Source: a virus
Taxonomy: Duplodnaviria > Caudoviricetes
Strand: one strand, 5' to 3'
Length of the DNA: 52,227 bases
Virus record (IMG/VR): IMGVR_UViG_3300044695_002763
Span: 1-52,227 of that record
The position numbers and the translations under genes are program-made. This document shows positions 27,632-36,769 of the stretch, in pieces. Within the stretch, counting starts at the first letter, position 1; every line of letters starts with the position of its first letter. The notes beneath the pieces were generated by a model. That model was not told where the DNA came from and did no database searches. It worked only from the letters and a program-made list of their open reading frames with translations.

Positions 27632-28134
27632 CACCCGAGGAAATTAAAAAGCGAACCGACGCAATTTATAATGAATGGCTATCAGACTTTACGCCACTTT
27701 ATGAAGCACTTGAAGAATTAAAAAGGTTAATGCGTATTAGAATCTTTGAAACTTCGGGCGGTAACCTTAACACGGCGGGCGAAAAAATTCCATTACCCGC
27801 AAGGCGTGGCGGCAATTACAGTACGCCTTATTCACCCGCTTACACAAAAATAAAACAGCGCCGACCTATCCCACTTGAGTTAACGGGCTTTTTACGGCGT
27901 AATTTTTCAACCGAGCCGATACTCGAGCAAGGGTTAGCCGCTGCATTAATGCTTAATGATTTAGAATACGCAAAGGCGCAAGGCTTACAATTTGGTAGAG
28001 AGGTAAACCCGCGTTACACTTTCTTTAGAGGTTACGGTATTATATTTATACCAACTGAGGAAGAAGAAAAAGAATTTTTACGCATACACACACAGTTAAT
28101 AACTGAGCAAATTAATAAACAACTGGGAGCATGA
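27628..28134 (+). CDS. Virion morphogenesis / neck protein candidate
   Basis: Y...K....PL.LTG.L motif; context. Confidence 0.4.
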   Translation: MTPEEIKKRTDAIYNEWLSDFTPLYEALEELKRLMRIRIFETSGGNLNTAGEKIPLPARRGGNYSTPYSPAYTKIKQRRPIPLELTGFLRRNFSTEPILEQGLAAALMLNDLEYAKAQGLQFGREVNPRYTFFRGYGIIFIPTEEEEKEFLRIHTQLITEQINKQLGA

Positions 28135-30659
28135 TTTTAAAAACCATTATAGACCGTTTAAACCAACGAGTAGAAGTAAGTAATATATTCGACCGCATTT
28201 ACGGTTTATGTGAGCTTACAGGCGATAAGGGATGGATTTATTATATAGGCGACGGGCAAGCGCTACCCGTTACGGATTACGATGCTAAAGTAGGTACGCT
28301 ATTTTGGGCGAAGCGCGGCAAAGTAAATATTTCAAAAGTTGAAAATTTAAGGGTAAGCGGATGCAAACAAATGTATTCGACGAAATTTAACCTTTCAGCT
28401 TATGCCGTAGTTCGTAAAAACAATTTACCATGCGATAGCGAGGATGCGGGCGACTGGGTAGCCTCTCGCGTTTTTAAGTTGGTTAGCGGTCGCGATTATG
28501 GTTTTAAAGATATTATCGACGTTGTAAGCTACGAAGTAATCCCGAACGGGTACACGGTAGGCGACAAAACATTACCGCCTAACTTTGAGTTTGCAACGGT
28601 TGTAATCGAGGTTGAGGTTGAAATAGTAAGCGGTTCGGAAGATACTTGTTACGATATTTGCGATACGGGCGACATACCATTACCGCCCGACTTTTTGCCG
28701 TGTAACCCTTGCTTAACCGAGGTTGCTGTTGACGGCATTACAATAATCGGAAACGGTACGCCCGCCGACCCGTTGATTGCAATTGGTGGCGGTACATTAA
28801 TAGCCTTGCCGTTTACGACCGACCATTTAAGCGCAACGGGTAACGCTTACGCGATTGGTAACATCGTTTGGTACAATGGGAACGTTTATCGCTGCATCGC
28901 TGCGAATGATTCAATATTGCCAACTAATACAAGCTATTGGGTTAATCTTGGCGCAGGATTTCCAACGGTTCAACAACCTTCAGATTGGAACTCAACGAGC
29001 GGAAATAATCAAATATTGAACAAGCCAACAATTCCGGTTTTGCCTGCGACAATAGTTGAGGACGTAACCGCAACCGCGCCACTAAGTTCAAGCGGTGGAG
29101 CTACGCCCGACATAAGCATAACGCAAGCGGATAGCACAACAGACGGATACCTTAGCAGCGCAGATTGGAATACCTTCGATGGCAAGTTTGATGTGCCAAC
29201 GGGAACAAACTCGGACTACTTAGATGGAACAGGCGCACCTCAGCCATTCCCAACGCTTACAAATGGCACGGTTACATCGGTTGCGGCAACAGTACCTAAC
29301 CCGACAAACCCAGCATTCAGCGTTGCAGTTCCGAACTCAACCACTACGCCAAGCATTGACATAACTGCAAACGGAGTTGTAAGCCAGTACGTTCGAGGCG
29401 ATGGCTCTTTAGCTAACTTCCCTTTGGGGGGTGGCGGTGGCGCATCGGTTAACTATTACCTCAACGGCTCAATAAGTCAAGGCACGATAGGGGGTAATGC
29501 TTATTTCCAAATGAGCCGCACTCCAGTGCTCGGAGCTGGCACGGACTTTACACGCACAAACGCGCAAGGCAATGGCTATATCGCTCAATTCATAACGGAT
29601 GCAGGCGACCCAAGCCTTTTGGCAATCCCTTCAGGCAATTGGAACTTCGAGACCTATTTTAACGCATCGAGTGGCGGCGGCAATCCGAGCTTTTACATGG
29701 AGCTTTACAAGTACGATGGCGCAACCTTTACGCTAATTTCAACAGGGTCTACAAATCCCGAAGCGATTACAGGCGGCACGGTAGTCGATTTGTACGTTAG
29801 TGCACTTGCAGTACCTTCGACAACTTTGCTTGCAACTGATAGGCTCGCAGTACGCATTTTCGTAACTACATCGGGGCGTAACATTACGCTGCACACTGAG
29901 GACAACAACCTCTGCCAAGTAATCACAACCTTCACCACAGGGCTTAACGCGTTGAACGGATTGACCGCGCAAGTGCAAAACTTTGCAACGGGTACAAGTG
30001 GAACGGATTTCGGGATTACATCGGCAAGTGATACTCACACATTCAACCTACCAACTGCAAGCGCAAGCAATAGAGGCGCATTAAGCACAGCCGATTGGAG
30101 TACCTTCAACGGCAAGTTTAACACACCAAGCGGCACGACTGCGCAATATGTGCGAGGCGATGGAACGCTCGCAACATTCCCGACCTTGCCTACAATATTT
30201 AAGACTACAACAGATAGCGCAGGATTTACAAATAACTCAAACAATGTAGTATATACTCAACTGATTGCAGCAAACACCTTTGCAGCAGGCGATGTTATTC
30301 GCGTTAATTATCGCACAAGAAAAACTGGTACAGCAGGTAATCAAACATTAAGAATATATGTAAATTCCACGGCAGATTTAAGTGGTTCGCCTATATTAGT
30401 TGGTGGTTATCAGAATGCAGGAGCGAATATTTTTTTGACAAATCAAATTTTAAGACATTTGGTTATTAAGACAAGCACAAATAATACTGAGGTTATAATT
30501 GCTAACGCCGTTAGTACTGCATTTGATTATGGATTACAAGGAAGCGTTACAACTTGCGCTATAAATTGGACGCTTGCTCGCTACTTTGTTTTTGCAATTC
30601 AAAACACTCTTTCAACAGATACTAATTTTGGCTCAATGTACTTAATCGAAAAGCTATGA
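28131..30659 (+). CDS. Fibre-like structural protein with CBM5/12-like module and internal repeats
   Basis: YAIGNIVWYNGNVYRCIAAN...PTNTSYW; repeated S.ADW.TF.GKF..P.GT and QYVRGDG. Confidence 0.6.
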   Translation: MILKTIIDRLNQRVEVSNIFDRIYGLCELTGDKGWIYYIGDGQALPVTDYDAKVGTLFWAKRGKVNISKVENLRVSGCKQMYSTKFNLSAYAVVRKNNLPCDSEDAGDWVASRVFKLVSGRDYGFKDIIDVVSYEVIPNGYTVGDKTLPPNFEFATVVIEVEVEIVSGSEDTCYDICDTGDIPLPPDFLPCNPCLTEVAVDGITIIGNGTPADPLIAIGGGTLIALPFTTDHLSATGNAYAIGNIVWYNGNVYRCIAANDSILPTNTSYWVNLGAGFPTVQQPSDWNSTSGNNQILNKPTIPVLPATIVEDVTATAPLSSSGGATPDISITQADSTTDGYLSSADWNTFDGKFDVPTGTNSDYLDGTGAPQPFPTLTNGTVTSVAATVPNPTNPAFSVAVPNSTTTPSIDITANGVVSQYVRGDGSLANFPLGGGGGASVNYYLNGSISQGTIGGNAYFQMSRTPVLGAGTDFTRTNAQGNGYIAQFITDAGDPSLLAIPSGNWNFETYFNASSGGGNPSFYMELYKYDGATFTLISTGSTNPEAITGGTVVDLYVSALAVPSTTLLATDRLAVRIFVTTSGRNITLHTEDNNLCQVITTFTTGLNALNGLTAQVQNFATGTSGTDFGITSASDTHTFNLPTASASNRGALSTADWSTFNGKFNTPSGTTAQYVRGDGTLATFPTLPTIFKTTTDSAGFTNNSNNVVYTQLIAANTFAAGDVIRVNYRTRKTGTAGNQTLRIYVNSTADLSGSPILVGGYQNAGANIFLTNQILRHLVIKTSTNNTEVIIANAVSTAFDYGLQGSVTTCAINWTLARYFVFAIQNTLSTDTNFGSMYLIEKL

Positions 30660-30883
30660 CAAACGTAAACATCACATCAAAGGCTATTCAGTTTTTTTCA
30701 TCCGTTGCGGATGGCGAAATCGATGCGCAACTAATCGCTCCAAATTGGGAGATAGTGGACGAACAAAGTTTGCATATTACTTGTGAGTCAGGCGTGTACT
30801 GCTTTGCAACCACAAGCACCACATTCAACGAGCAACAATTTGATAATTCAGAAGACGCCATTTCGTATCTGAATAATTTGTAA
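30656..30883 (+). CDS. Hypothetical protein (possible fibre chaperone)
   Basis: ATGA-coupled to the fibre gene. Confidence 0.5.
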   Translation: MTNVNITSKAIQFFSSVADGEIDAQLIAPNWEIVDEQSLHITCESGVYCFATTSTTFNEQQFDNSEDAISYLNNL

Positions 30884-30906
30884 ATTAGTGGGCAAATTTT
30901 ACAACT

Positions 30907-31407
30907 ATGGCAGGCGTTAAAGTAACCGATTTACCAGCATTAGGCACGGCAGCCGCAACGGATATTTTGTATATTGTGGATGCCGCTACTGACCAATCAA
31001 AACAGATTGAGGTGCAAGATATCTATTCAGGTATGCCGCAGTTTGAAAGTGGTACATTCACCCCTGTTCCATCAGGCGAAAACGATTGCACAGTTAGTAT
31101 TGTTGGTGATTGCATTTATAGTCGTGTCAATAACGTAGTAACAATATCGTATTATTTAAGCGTCCTAATGGATGGCGGTATAAATACTGGCACATTCAAT
31201 ATGTCAATGCCAGTTGCATCTAATTTCGCAAATGCTCGACAAGCTTTTGGTGTACTTACACCACTAACTAACTCATTCAGCGAATTGGATTATTATATTA
31301 TTGCAGCCGATACATCATTTGACCAAATTACATTTCAAGTCGATATTATAACAGCAGGCAATTCAATTGACTTTGTTGCCAACATTCAATACATCATCAT
31401 ACCATAA
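30907..31407 (+). CDS. Small fibre/decoration-like protein
   Basis: N-terminal KVTDLPA...TD.LYIVD...SKQI module; beta-rich C-terminus. Confidence 0.5.
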   Translation: MAGVKVTDLPALGTAAATDILYIVDAATDQSKQIEVQDIYSGMPQFESGTFTPVPSGENDCTVSIVGDCIYSRVNNVVTISYYLSVLMDGGINTGTFNMSMPVASNFANARQAFGVLTPLTNSFSELDYYIIAADTSFDQITFQVDIITAGNSIDFVANIQYIIIP

Positions 31408-31865
31408 TGCGCAGCACCTCACTTCTCGGTCTAAACCTGATTAAGAAGTATGAAGGCTTGCGCTTGAGCTCCTACCTTTGCCCTGCTGGTGTGCCGACAA
31501 TTGGCTACGGCTCGACACACTACCCGAACGGCAAAAAGATTATTTTAGGCGAAAAGCTCGCAAACGAAAAGGAAGCAACGCAATTGCTACTTGCTACCCT
31601 TGAGCCATTCGAAGCGGCGGTAAATAAGCACCTACCGAATATCAATCAATGCCAGTTCGATGCTTTGGTATGCTTTGCGTATAATGTAGGCACGGGTGCA
31701 TTAATCAAATCCACGCTGCTTAAGAAAGCCAAAGCGAACCACGCAGACCCAAGCATCTTGGACGAGTTCCTAAGATGGAACAAGGCAGGCGGCAAGGTGC
31801 TTGCAGGGCTTACCAATCGCAGACGCGAAGAGGCAAATTTGTATTTCTCACTTTGTAAAGTTTAG
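31407..31865 (+). CDS. Endolysin, GH24 lysozyme
   Basis: IKKYEG.RL..Y.CPAGVPTIGYG, QFDALV.F.YNVG, GL..RR..E. Confidence 0.9.
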   Translation: MRSTSLLGLNLIKKYEGLRLSSYLCPAGVPTIGYGSTHYPNGKKIILGEKLANEKEATQLLLATLEPFEAAVNKHLPNINQCQFDALVCFAYNVGTGALIKSTLLKKAKANHADPSILDEFLRWNKAGGKVLAGLTNRRREEANLYFSLCKV

Positions 31866-31911
31866 GGCCTAATTGCCCCAACACAGACAATGCTTTCGCG
31901 TATTTTAAATC

Positions 31912-32118
31912 ATGCGAAAACGTGCTACTAAACCAAGGCGAATCATAGACATCATTGTCAAGCATTGGCGTAGCACAATAGGAAGCCTTATGATATTAGT
32001 TTCAATCTTTTTGCTAATCTTTAAAGTGATATCAACTGAAACACTCGCGGCAATTGTAGCAACGCTAATAGCCGCTGGGTACATTCCAAAAGCCAAAGAC
32101 GATGCAGCAAGTTCGTAG
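31912..32118 (+). CDS. Holin (putative, 2 TM)
   Basis: Basic N-terminus and two hydrophobic helices, next to endolysin. Confidence 0.6.
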   Translation: MRKRATKPRRIIDIIVKHWRSTIGSLMILVSIFLLIFKVISTETLAAIVATLIAAGYIPKAKDDAASS

Positions 32119-32497
32119 AGATACCGTAAAGATTGCACGCCACAATAAGCTCAATGTGGACACTATGAGCTATGAGGTCGACACTACTTTCGTGCAGGCT
32201 AACAAAGAATCGTATCAGGCGGTGATTTCAGGGGCTTATGTTCACCCAAAGCCCGAAGTAGTTTTAACTGCATTCGATACAATTAGCCCGTGCGATTTGT
32301 CATTATACCCACAGCCAACAGCCTACACGCTCAAAAGTCAACCCGTAAGAAATACCCAAGATTTTGAAACGCCTATGAATTACGATATACTTTTAAACGG
32401 AGTTGTATTTAGCTTTACCCTTTGGCTTTCGGCAAAGTATTTAATCGGGTGCGGCGCTGCGTGGCGCTCGCTTTTTACTGATTTGAGAAACGTATAA
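32102..32497 (+). CDS. Membrane-anchored hypothetical protein in lysis cassette
   Basis: C-terminal hydrophobic helix. Confidence 0.5.
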   Translation: MQQVRRDTVKIARHNKLNVDTMSYEVDTTFVQANKESYQAVISGAYVHPKPEVVLTAFDTISPCDLSLYPQPTAYTLKSQPVRNTQDFETPMNYDILLNGVVFSFTLWLSAKYLIGCGAAWRSLFTDLRNV

Positions 32498-32537
32498 ACA
32501 TTTAGTATAATTTAACACTATTGCTTATTTTTGCAAT

Positions 32538-33104
32538 GTGTCTACCGTTTACATTTTAGAAAATTCTTTAGACCTTTTTTACGTTGTTACCGAAACGGAC
32601 GGTACCATAGTAAGCGCCAACGAACTTTTTAAGCATTACGCGAGCCATATTAAGCCGAAAAACATCGTTGACATAGTTAGCAGCCCCGATGACAAAGAAA
32701 CGTTAATAGAAGCCGTTAAAAGGGCTAAGGATAAACAGCCCGAACCCTCGCGAGTTTACGCCCGAACTAAGCAAAAGAATTTATCCGAGCGTTTTAACGT
32801 TTGGAATATCTACACAATTATGGGCGCGGTGCATTTCATCGGCTTTCAATTAGTCGATGTAACCAGCATAACGGCGCACGAACACGAACGCCAACGGGTA
32901 TTACTTGAGGAATTTAGATTTATGCTTTCGCATGAATTACGGCAGCCCCTAACCTCGGTTAGTGGTTTGGTTAAGTTGATAAGCACGAACAAAGCGATTT
33001 CAGAAAGCGAACGCGCCGACCTTTTGCGAATGTTAGAGGAATCGGTTGTAAATTTGGACGAAGCCGTAAGGGTATTAGTTAAAAAAGCAACACGTCAAAT
33101 ATGA
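32538..33104 (+). CDS. PAS + HisKA (phosphoacceptor) protein lacking the HATPase domain
   Basis: PAS-like ILENSLDL..V.E.DG.I..AN..F; H-box LSHELRQPLTSV.G; stops about 50 aa after the His. Confidence 0.75.
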   Translation: MSTVYILENSLDLFYVVTETDGTIVSANELFKHYASHIKPKNIVDIVSSPDDKETLIEAVKRAKDKQPEPSRVYARTKQKNLSERFNVWNIYTIMGAVHFIGFQLVDVTSITAHEHERQRVLLEEFRFMLSHELRQPLTSVSGLVKLISTNKAISESERADLLRMLEESVVNLDEAVRVLVKKATRQI

Positions 33105-33259
33105 ATGATAAGCAAATTGATAAGCGGCTGATTAAAGTTCTAAAGATTTACCTAACCGAACGCGAAATGCCGCCCAACGTTGCAAAAGCAATACTAAACG
33201 AACAAGCTAAATGCCGTGAAAGAATCGACCAATACATCTCCAAGCTACGTTTGGGCTGA
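33101..33259 (+). CDS. 52-aa hypothetical protein (not in ORF track)
   Basis: ATGA-coupled to PAS-HisKA; MNDKQIDKRLIKVLKIYL... Confidence 0.5.
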   Translation: MNDKQIDKRLIKVLKIYLTEREMPPNVAKAILNEQAKCRERIDQYISKLRLG

Positions 33260-33860
33260 AAGATTGCTATTTTTAGCCGTTTTAAGCCTCTTATTCGTGC
33301 GTTCGTGCAACGAACAAGCGCAAACCACACTAGCAGAACAAAAGTTCGTTAAAACGCGTCTAAACGATTCGATAACGATATACACTCAGGCGCAACAAAT
33401 CACAGAACTTAAGGACTTAACCGAAAAACTGCGTATTGATAAGCCAAAAGCAGCGGTAGAGGTCGTTACGCGCACCGTTTATAAGACTAAAATAGCGTTA
33501 GGCGAACCGATTTATATACATGACACCGTTCCCGCGCTTGTTTTGCCGCGTGAGTTTCAAAAGTTTGAGCGCTGGTTTTCGATTACGGGCAAAATTAACC
33601 GCCTCGGATACCTTCAAATCGATAGTTTAAGCATACCCGCGACTATTTCGGTAGGCATTGGCGACACTTTACGCGGTGTTTTCCCGTTTCGTAAGCGCGA
33701 AAGCGTAATAAGGGTTGCAATTGATAACCCGAACATGGTAGCGGTAGGGCTGCGCAGCTTTGTAATCGAGCAACCGCGCAAAAAATGGTACGAAACAACG
33801 GCGGCGAAGGTCGGTTTCGGGGCGCTTATCGGTTTCGGTATCGCACGAGCGCAAAATTAG
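33216..33860 (+). CDS. Spanin-like membrane protein (putative)
   Basis: N-terminal TM ending in RSC, coiled stretch, C-terminal KKWY..TM. Confidence 0.5.
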   Translation: MKESTNTSPSYVWAERLLFLAVLSLLFVRSCNEQAQTTLAEQKFVKTRLNDSITIYTQAQQITELKDLTEKLRIDKPKAAVEVVTRTVYKTKIALGEPIYIHDTVPALVLPREFQKFERWFSITGKINRLGYLQIDSLSIPATISVGIGDTLRGVFPFRKRESVIRVAIDNPNMVAVGLRSFVIEQPRKKWYETTAAKVGFGALIGFGIARAQN

Positions 33861-33914
33861 GCGCGTTCAAAATCAACACTTTATAAATTATTTTGCATTT
33901 ATTTTTGTAAAAGT

Positions 33915-33945
33915 ATTGCAATTTCAAAAAAGTGTTGTATGTTTG
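33915..33945 (+). promoter_or_regulatory. Bacteroidota promoter (early type)
   Basis: TTG-N19-TATGTTTG. Confidence 0.75.
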
Positions 33946-33981
33946 CAGTGTTAAACAATTACACACTTAAACATTCACGCC

Positions 33982-34182
33982 ATGACAACAGAATTTTCAG
34001 AAATGGGTTTCAGAATTAACCCAACAATCAAAGCGGAAATCGCAAAACGTTTAGCTATTTTAGACAAAATGCACGAGCAGTCTTTTTGGACTAAAGAAAT
34101 GGAAGCGATAGAAGTCGCATTACAAAACGAATTAAACGATTTACTTGCAGCCGCCGACGCTTACGACGCTTGCTTTAACTAA
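33982..34182 (+). CDS. Small early hypothetical protein
   Basis: Downstream of promoter, followed by GGGCGG hairpin (34190-34208). Confidence 0.6.
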   Translation: MTTEFSEMGFRINPTIKAEIAKRLAILDKMHEQSFWTKEMEAIEVALQNELNDLLAAADAYDACFN

Positions 34183-34239
34183 CCCTCACGGGCGGCTAAT
34201 AACCGCCCTTTCTTTTTAAACCTTTAAACAATCATACAC

Positions 34240-34539
34240 ATGGACACAGTTACAATTTTCCGCAATTACCAAAACACAGAATTTTATTTTTACGACCATC
34301 TCAGCGGCGTTATGACAATGCTTGTTAATGACGGCTGCATGAAAGGAATTTACACGCGCTGCGATTCAGGCGCGGCAAACATTTCGCGTAAGTTTCACCG
34401 CGAGCAAGTCGAAGGCGTACCAGTTGAACACCGACTATTTGAACCGCTTGAGCGCAACAAATTCAGCGAACTATTTATCGAGGTTATTGACGGTATTAAC
34501 CGCAACTTAGTACACTCGTTCGAATCTGAGAATCTTTAA
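34240..34539 (+). CDS. Early hypothetical protein
   Basis: 99-aa ORF leading into the SSB-like gene. Confidence 0.6.
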   Translation: MDTVTIFRNYQNTEFYFYDHLSGVMTMLVNDGCMKGIYTRCDSGAANISRKFHREQVEGVPVEHRLFEPLERNKFSELFIEVIDGINRNLVHSFESENL

Positions 34540-34565
34540 TTTTTAACCCTTTAATACTTTTTAAA

Positions 34566-35240
34566 ATGGCTTTAACAGCACCCGTAGGCGGAACGGCAAA
34601 CCGCCAAATCGCACCCGAGGGTAGTTACCCTGCGCGCTGCTATCAAATTATCGACCTCGGTACGACCGAACAAGGCGGTATTTATGCAGGCAAAAAACGC
34701 AAAGTTCAATTCCTATTCGAACTGCCAACCGAGAAAGCGGTATTCGATGAAAGCAAAGGCGAACAGCCGTACTACGTTCGCAGCATTTACACGCTATCGA
34801 TGAACGAAAAGGCTTTATTACGTCGCGATGTTTCGGCATGGCTCGGCAAAAAGTTAACTGATTCTGAAGCCTCAAAGCTCGATATTTTTAAGATGCTTGG
34901 GAAAACGTGCATGGTAAATATTGCGCACGTTACCAAAGGTGAAAACACCTATGCAAACATTATAAGTTTTGCGCCGCTTATGAAAGGCTACGAATGCCCC
35001 GCACCGATTAACGAGGCGTTTACCTACACCCCGACCGCGCACGAACAAGAAGTATTCGCAAAACTGCCCGAGTTTTTACAGGATAAGATTAAGGAATCGG
35101 ACGAATACAAAGCAATGACAACGGCAAGTTTTAAAAACGATTTTACACCTAAAACGCAGCCACCTCAGAACTTTGAAGACCTACCCGACATCGACGATAT
35201 TTTCGGACAAAAGGCGGCTAATGACTTACCGTGGGATTAA
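34566..35240 (+). CDS. SSB-like protein (homolog of 27-701)
   Basis: Near-identical protein. Confidence 0.6.
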   Translation: MALTAPVGGTANRQIAPEGSYPARCYQIIDLGTTEQGGIYAGKKRKVQFLFELPTEKAVFDESKGEQPYYVRSIYTLSMNEKALLRRDVSAWLGKKLTDSEASKLDIFKMLGKTCMVNIAHVTKGENTYANIISFAPLMKGYECPAPINEAFTYTPTAHEQEVFAKLPEFLQDKIKESDEYKAMTTASFKNDFTPKTQPPQNFEDLPDIDDIFGQKAANDLPWD

Positions 35241-35294
35241 ATGATAAAGGGCGGCAAAGCGCCGCCCTCTAACTTACCAAATAAATAAACATAC

Positions 35295-35966
35295 ATGAAC
35301 ACACTTGCAAAGGTACAAATACCAATCGAAAAAATATACCACGCGATAAATTCGCCTCAAACGTTAAACGCGCAATCGATAGTAGCGCGTAACACGGGCG
35401 GCGGCGAAGCGCTCTCGATTCAAAACGTAAGCGAATATACAGCAATGAACGCCGCTGTAAAAGACGTAAGCGATGCGGTTAAGGCAATCGAAGCAGCCCG
35501 TAAAGAGGTAACCACACCGCTCGAGCATTTCAAAAAGGAACTTATTAAGCTCGAAAAGGATGCCACAGCGCCGCTACTCGATTTTATCGAAGATGCTAAA
35601 AAGCGAATGGTAGAATATCACGAACGCCTCGAAGCCGAACAAGAAGCCGCCGAAGCGAAGCTAATAGCCGAAGCTGCTCAAAGCATCAAAGAAGCCGAAG
35701 CGGTTAGCGATGTAATCGCAGCGTTTACCGATAAGCTCTATGCCACCACAGTAGAGAATAGCCAAACGAAAAACATACGCAGCACCATTAAGGCGCGCGT
35801 TAACGGAGAGGTTAACTGGGTAAAGGTGCTTTCGGTTCAATTCGCATTTAACAACTTAAAGCCCGAAGATTTACTAAACGGCTTAGCCAAAGCAATGAAG
35901 GATTTAGGCGTTGATAGCATCGAAGGCATTGAGCTTTACGAACACAAAACCCAAGTAATCCGATGA
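35295..35966 (+). CDS. Coiled-coil protein (homolog of 755-1426)
   Basis: Near-identical protein. Confidence 0.6.
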   Translation: MNTLAKVQIPIEKIYHAINSPQTLNAQSIVARNTGGGEALSIQNVSEYTAMNAAVKDVSDAVKAIEAARKEVTTPLEHFKKELIKLEKDATAPLLDFIEDAKKRMVEYHERLEAEQEAAEAKLIAEAAQSIKEAEAVSDVIAAFTDKLYATTVENSQTKNIRSTIKARVNGEVNWVKVLSVQFAFNNLKPEDLLNGLAKAMKDLGVDSIEGIELYEHKTQVIR

Positions 35967-36358
35967 ACAATTACACCAATACAATAACAAACATTAAACA
36001 CTTAAAACCTATGTACACTTTCACACAATTAACGCATAGTGAAATATGCGAACGAATCGAAACGGCACGCAAGCGCCACAAATTAACTAAAGCGGAGTTT
36101 AGCCGAATGGCTGGTTATACCTCATGCGCTCTAAACAAATGGCTAATTAATACAAGATTTAGCTCGGTATCTTATAACCGCGTAATGGATGTAATCAAAA
36201 AGCTCGATAATTCGCCCGAACAAATCGAAATTAAGTTTACCCCTAAGCCAGTTGAAAAGCAAACCTACGGCGTTTTAAGCATCGAAACTGCTATAAAAAT
36301 GCTAAAGGATGCAGGGTATAAGATTTCTAAACGAGTTGAAAAATGGGAGGAAATCTAA
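35963..36358 (+). CDS. XRE-type helix-turn-helix protein (unit B-specific)
   Basis: IETARKRHKLTKAEFSRMAGYTSCALNKW. Confidence 0.6.
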   Translation: MNNYTNTITNIKHLKPMYTFTQLTHSEICERIETARKRHKLTKAEFSRMAGYTSCALNKWLINTRFSSVSYNRVMDVIKKLDNSPEQIEIKFTPKPVEKQTYGVLSIETAIKMLKDAGYKISKRVEKWEEI

Positions 36359-36570
36359 TGCAAAACAAAATAACAGCCGTTGAATGGTTAGCCGTTCAAC
36401 TTGAAAAGTATTACGGAAATCAAAAAATTACAGATACCGAGGCGTTTATAACCGCCAAAGCAATGGAAGAACTGCAAATAATCGACGCGCACGATAGCGG
36501 ATACATTGACGGGCAAGGGCAAAAAAGTATATCAGCCGAACAATATTACACCGAAACCTATGGAGAATAG
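36358..36570 (+). CDS. KQTAV..AKAME..QIIDA-type protein
   Basis: C-terminal half matches 1815-2054. Confidence 0.6.
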   Translation: MQNKITAVEWLAVQLEKYYGNQKITDTEAFITAKAMEELQIIDAHDSGYIDGQGQKSISAEQYYTETYGE

Positions 36571-36769
36571 ACAAACAGCAGTTGAGTGGTATCATACAAA
36601 ATTAGCAGAGCCAACAACTCAAGCAAAAGATGTAAATACAATATTCCTATTAGCCAAAGCAATGGAGAAGGAGCAGATAGTTGATGCTTTTGATAATGGT
36701 GCTGAAGAATGGACACCGATTGAATATTCAGATGGGCAACATTACTACAATCACAATTTCGAATCATGA
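36560..36769 (+). CDS. Second KQTAV..AKAME..QIVDA-type protein
   Basis: MENRQTAVEWY...AKAMEKEQIVDAF. Confidence 0.6.
   Translation: MENRQTAVEWYHTKLAEPTTQAKDVNTIFLLAKAMEKEQIVDAFDNGAEEWTPIEYSDGQHYYNHNFES

Larger units (their letters stand above)
1..34539 (+). mobile_element. Tailed dsDNA phage genome, unit A (complete gene set, siphovirus-like, probable Bacteroidota host)
   Basis: Contains replication, packaging, tail, head and lysis genes. The window's opening sequence (tttttaaccctttaatactttttaaaATGGCT) recurs at 34540, giving a 34,539-bp unit. Confidence 0.9.

Noticed and set aside
34500-34570. att site or terminal repeat at the A/B boundary
   Set aside because: The boundary is set only by where the window starts; it is an ordinary intergenic region with no core repeat or integrase.
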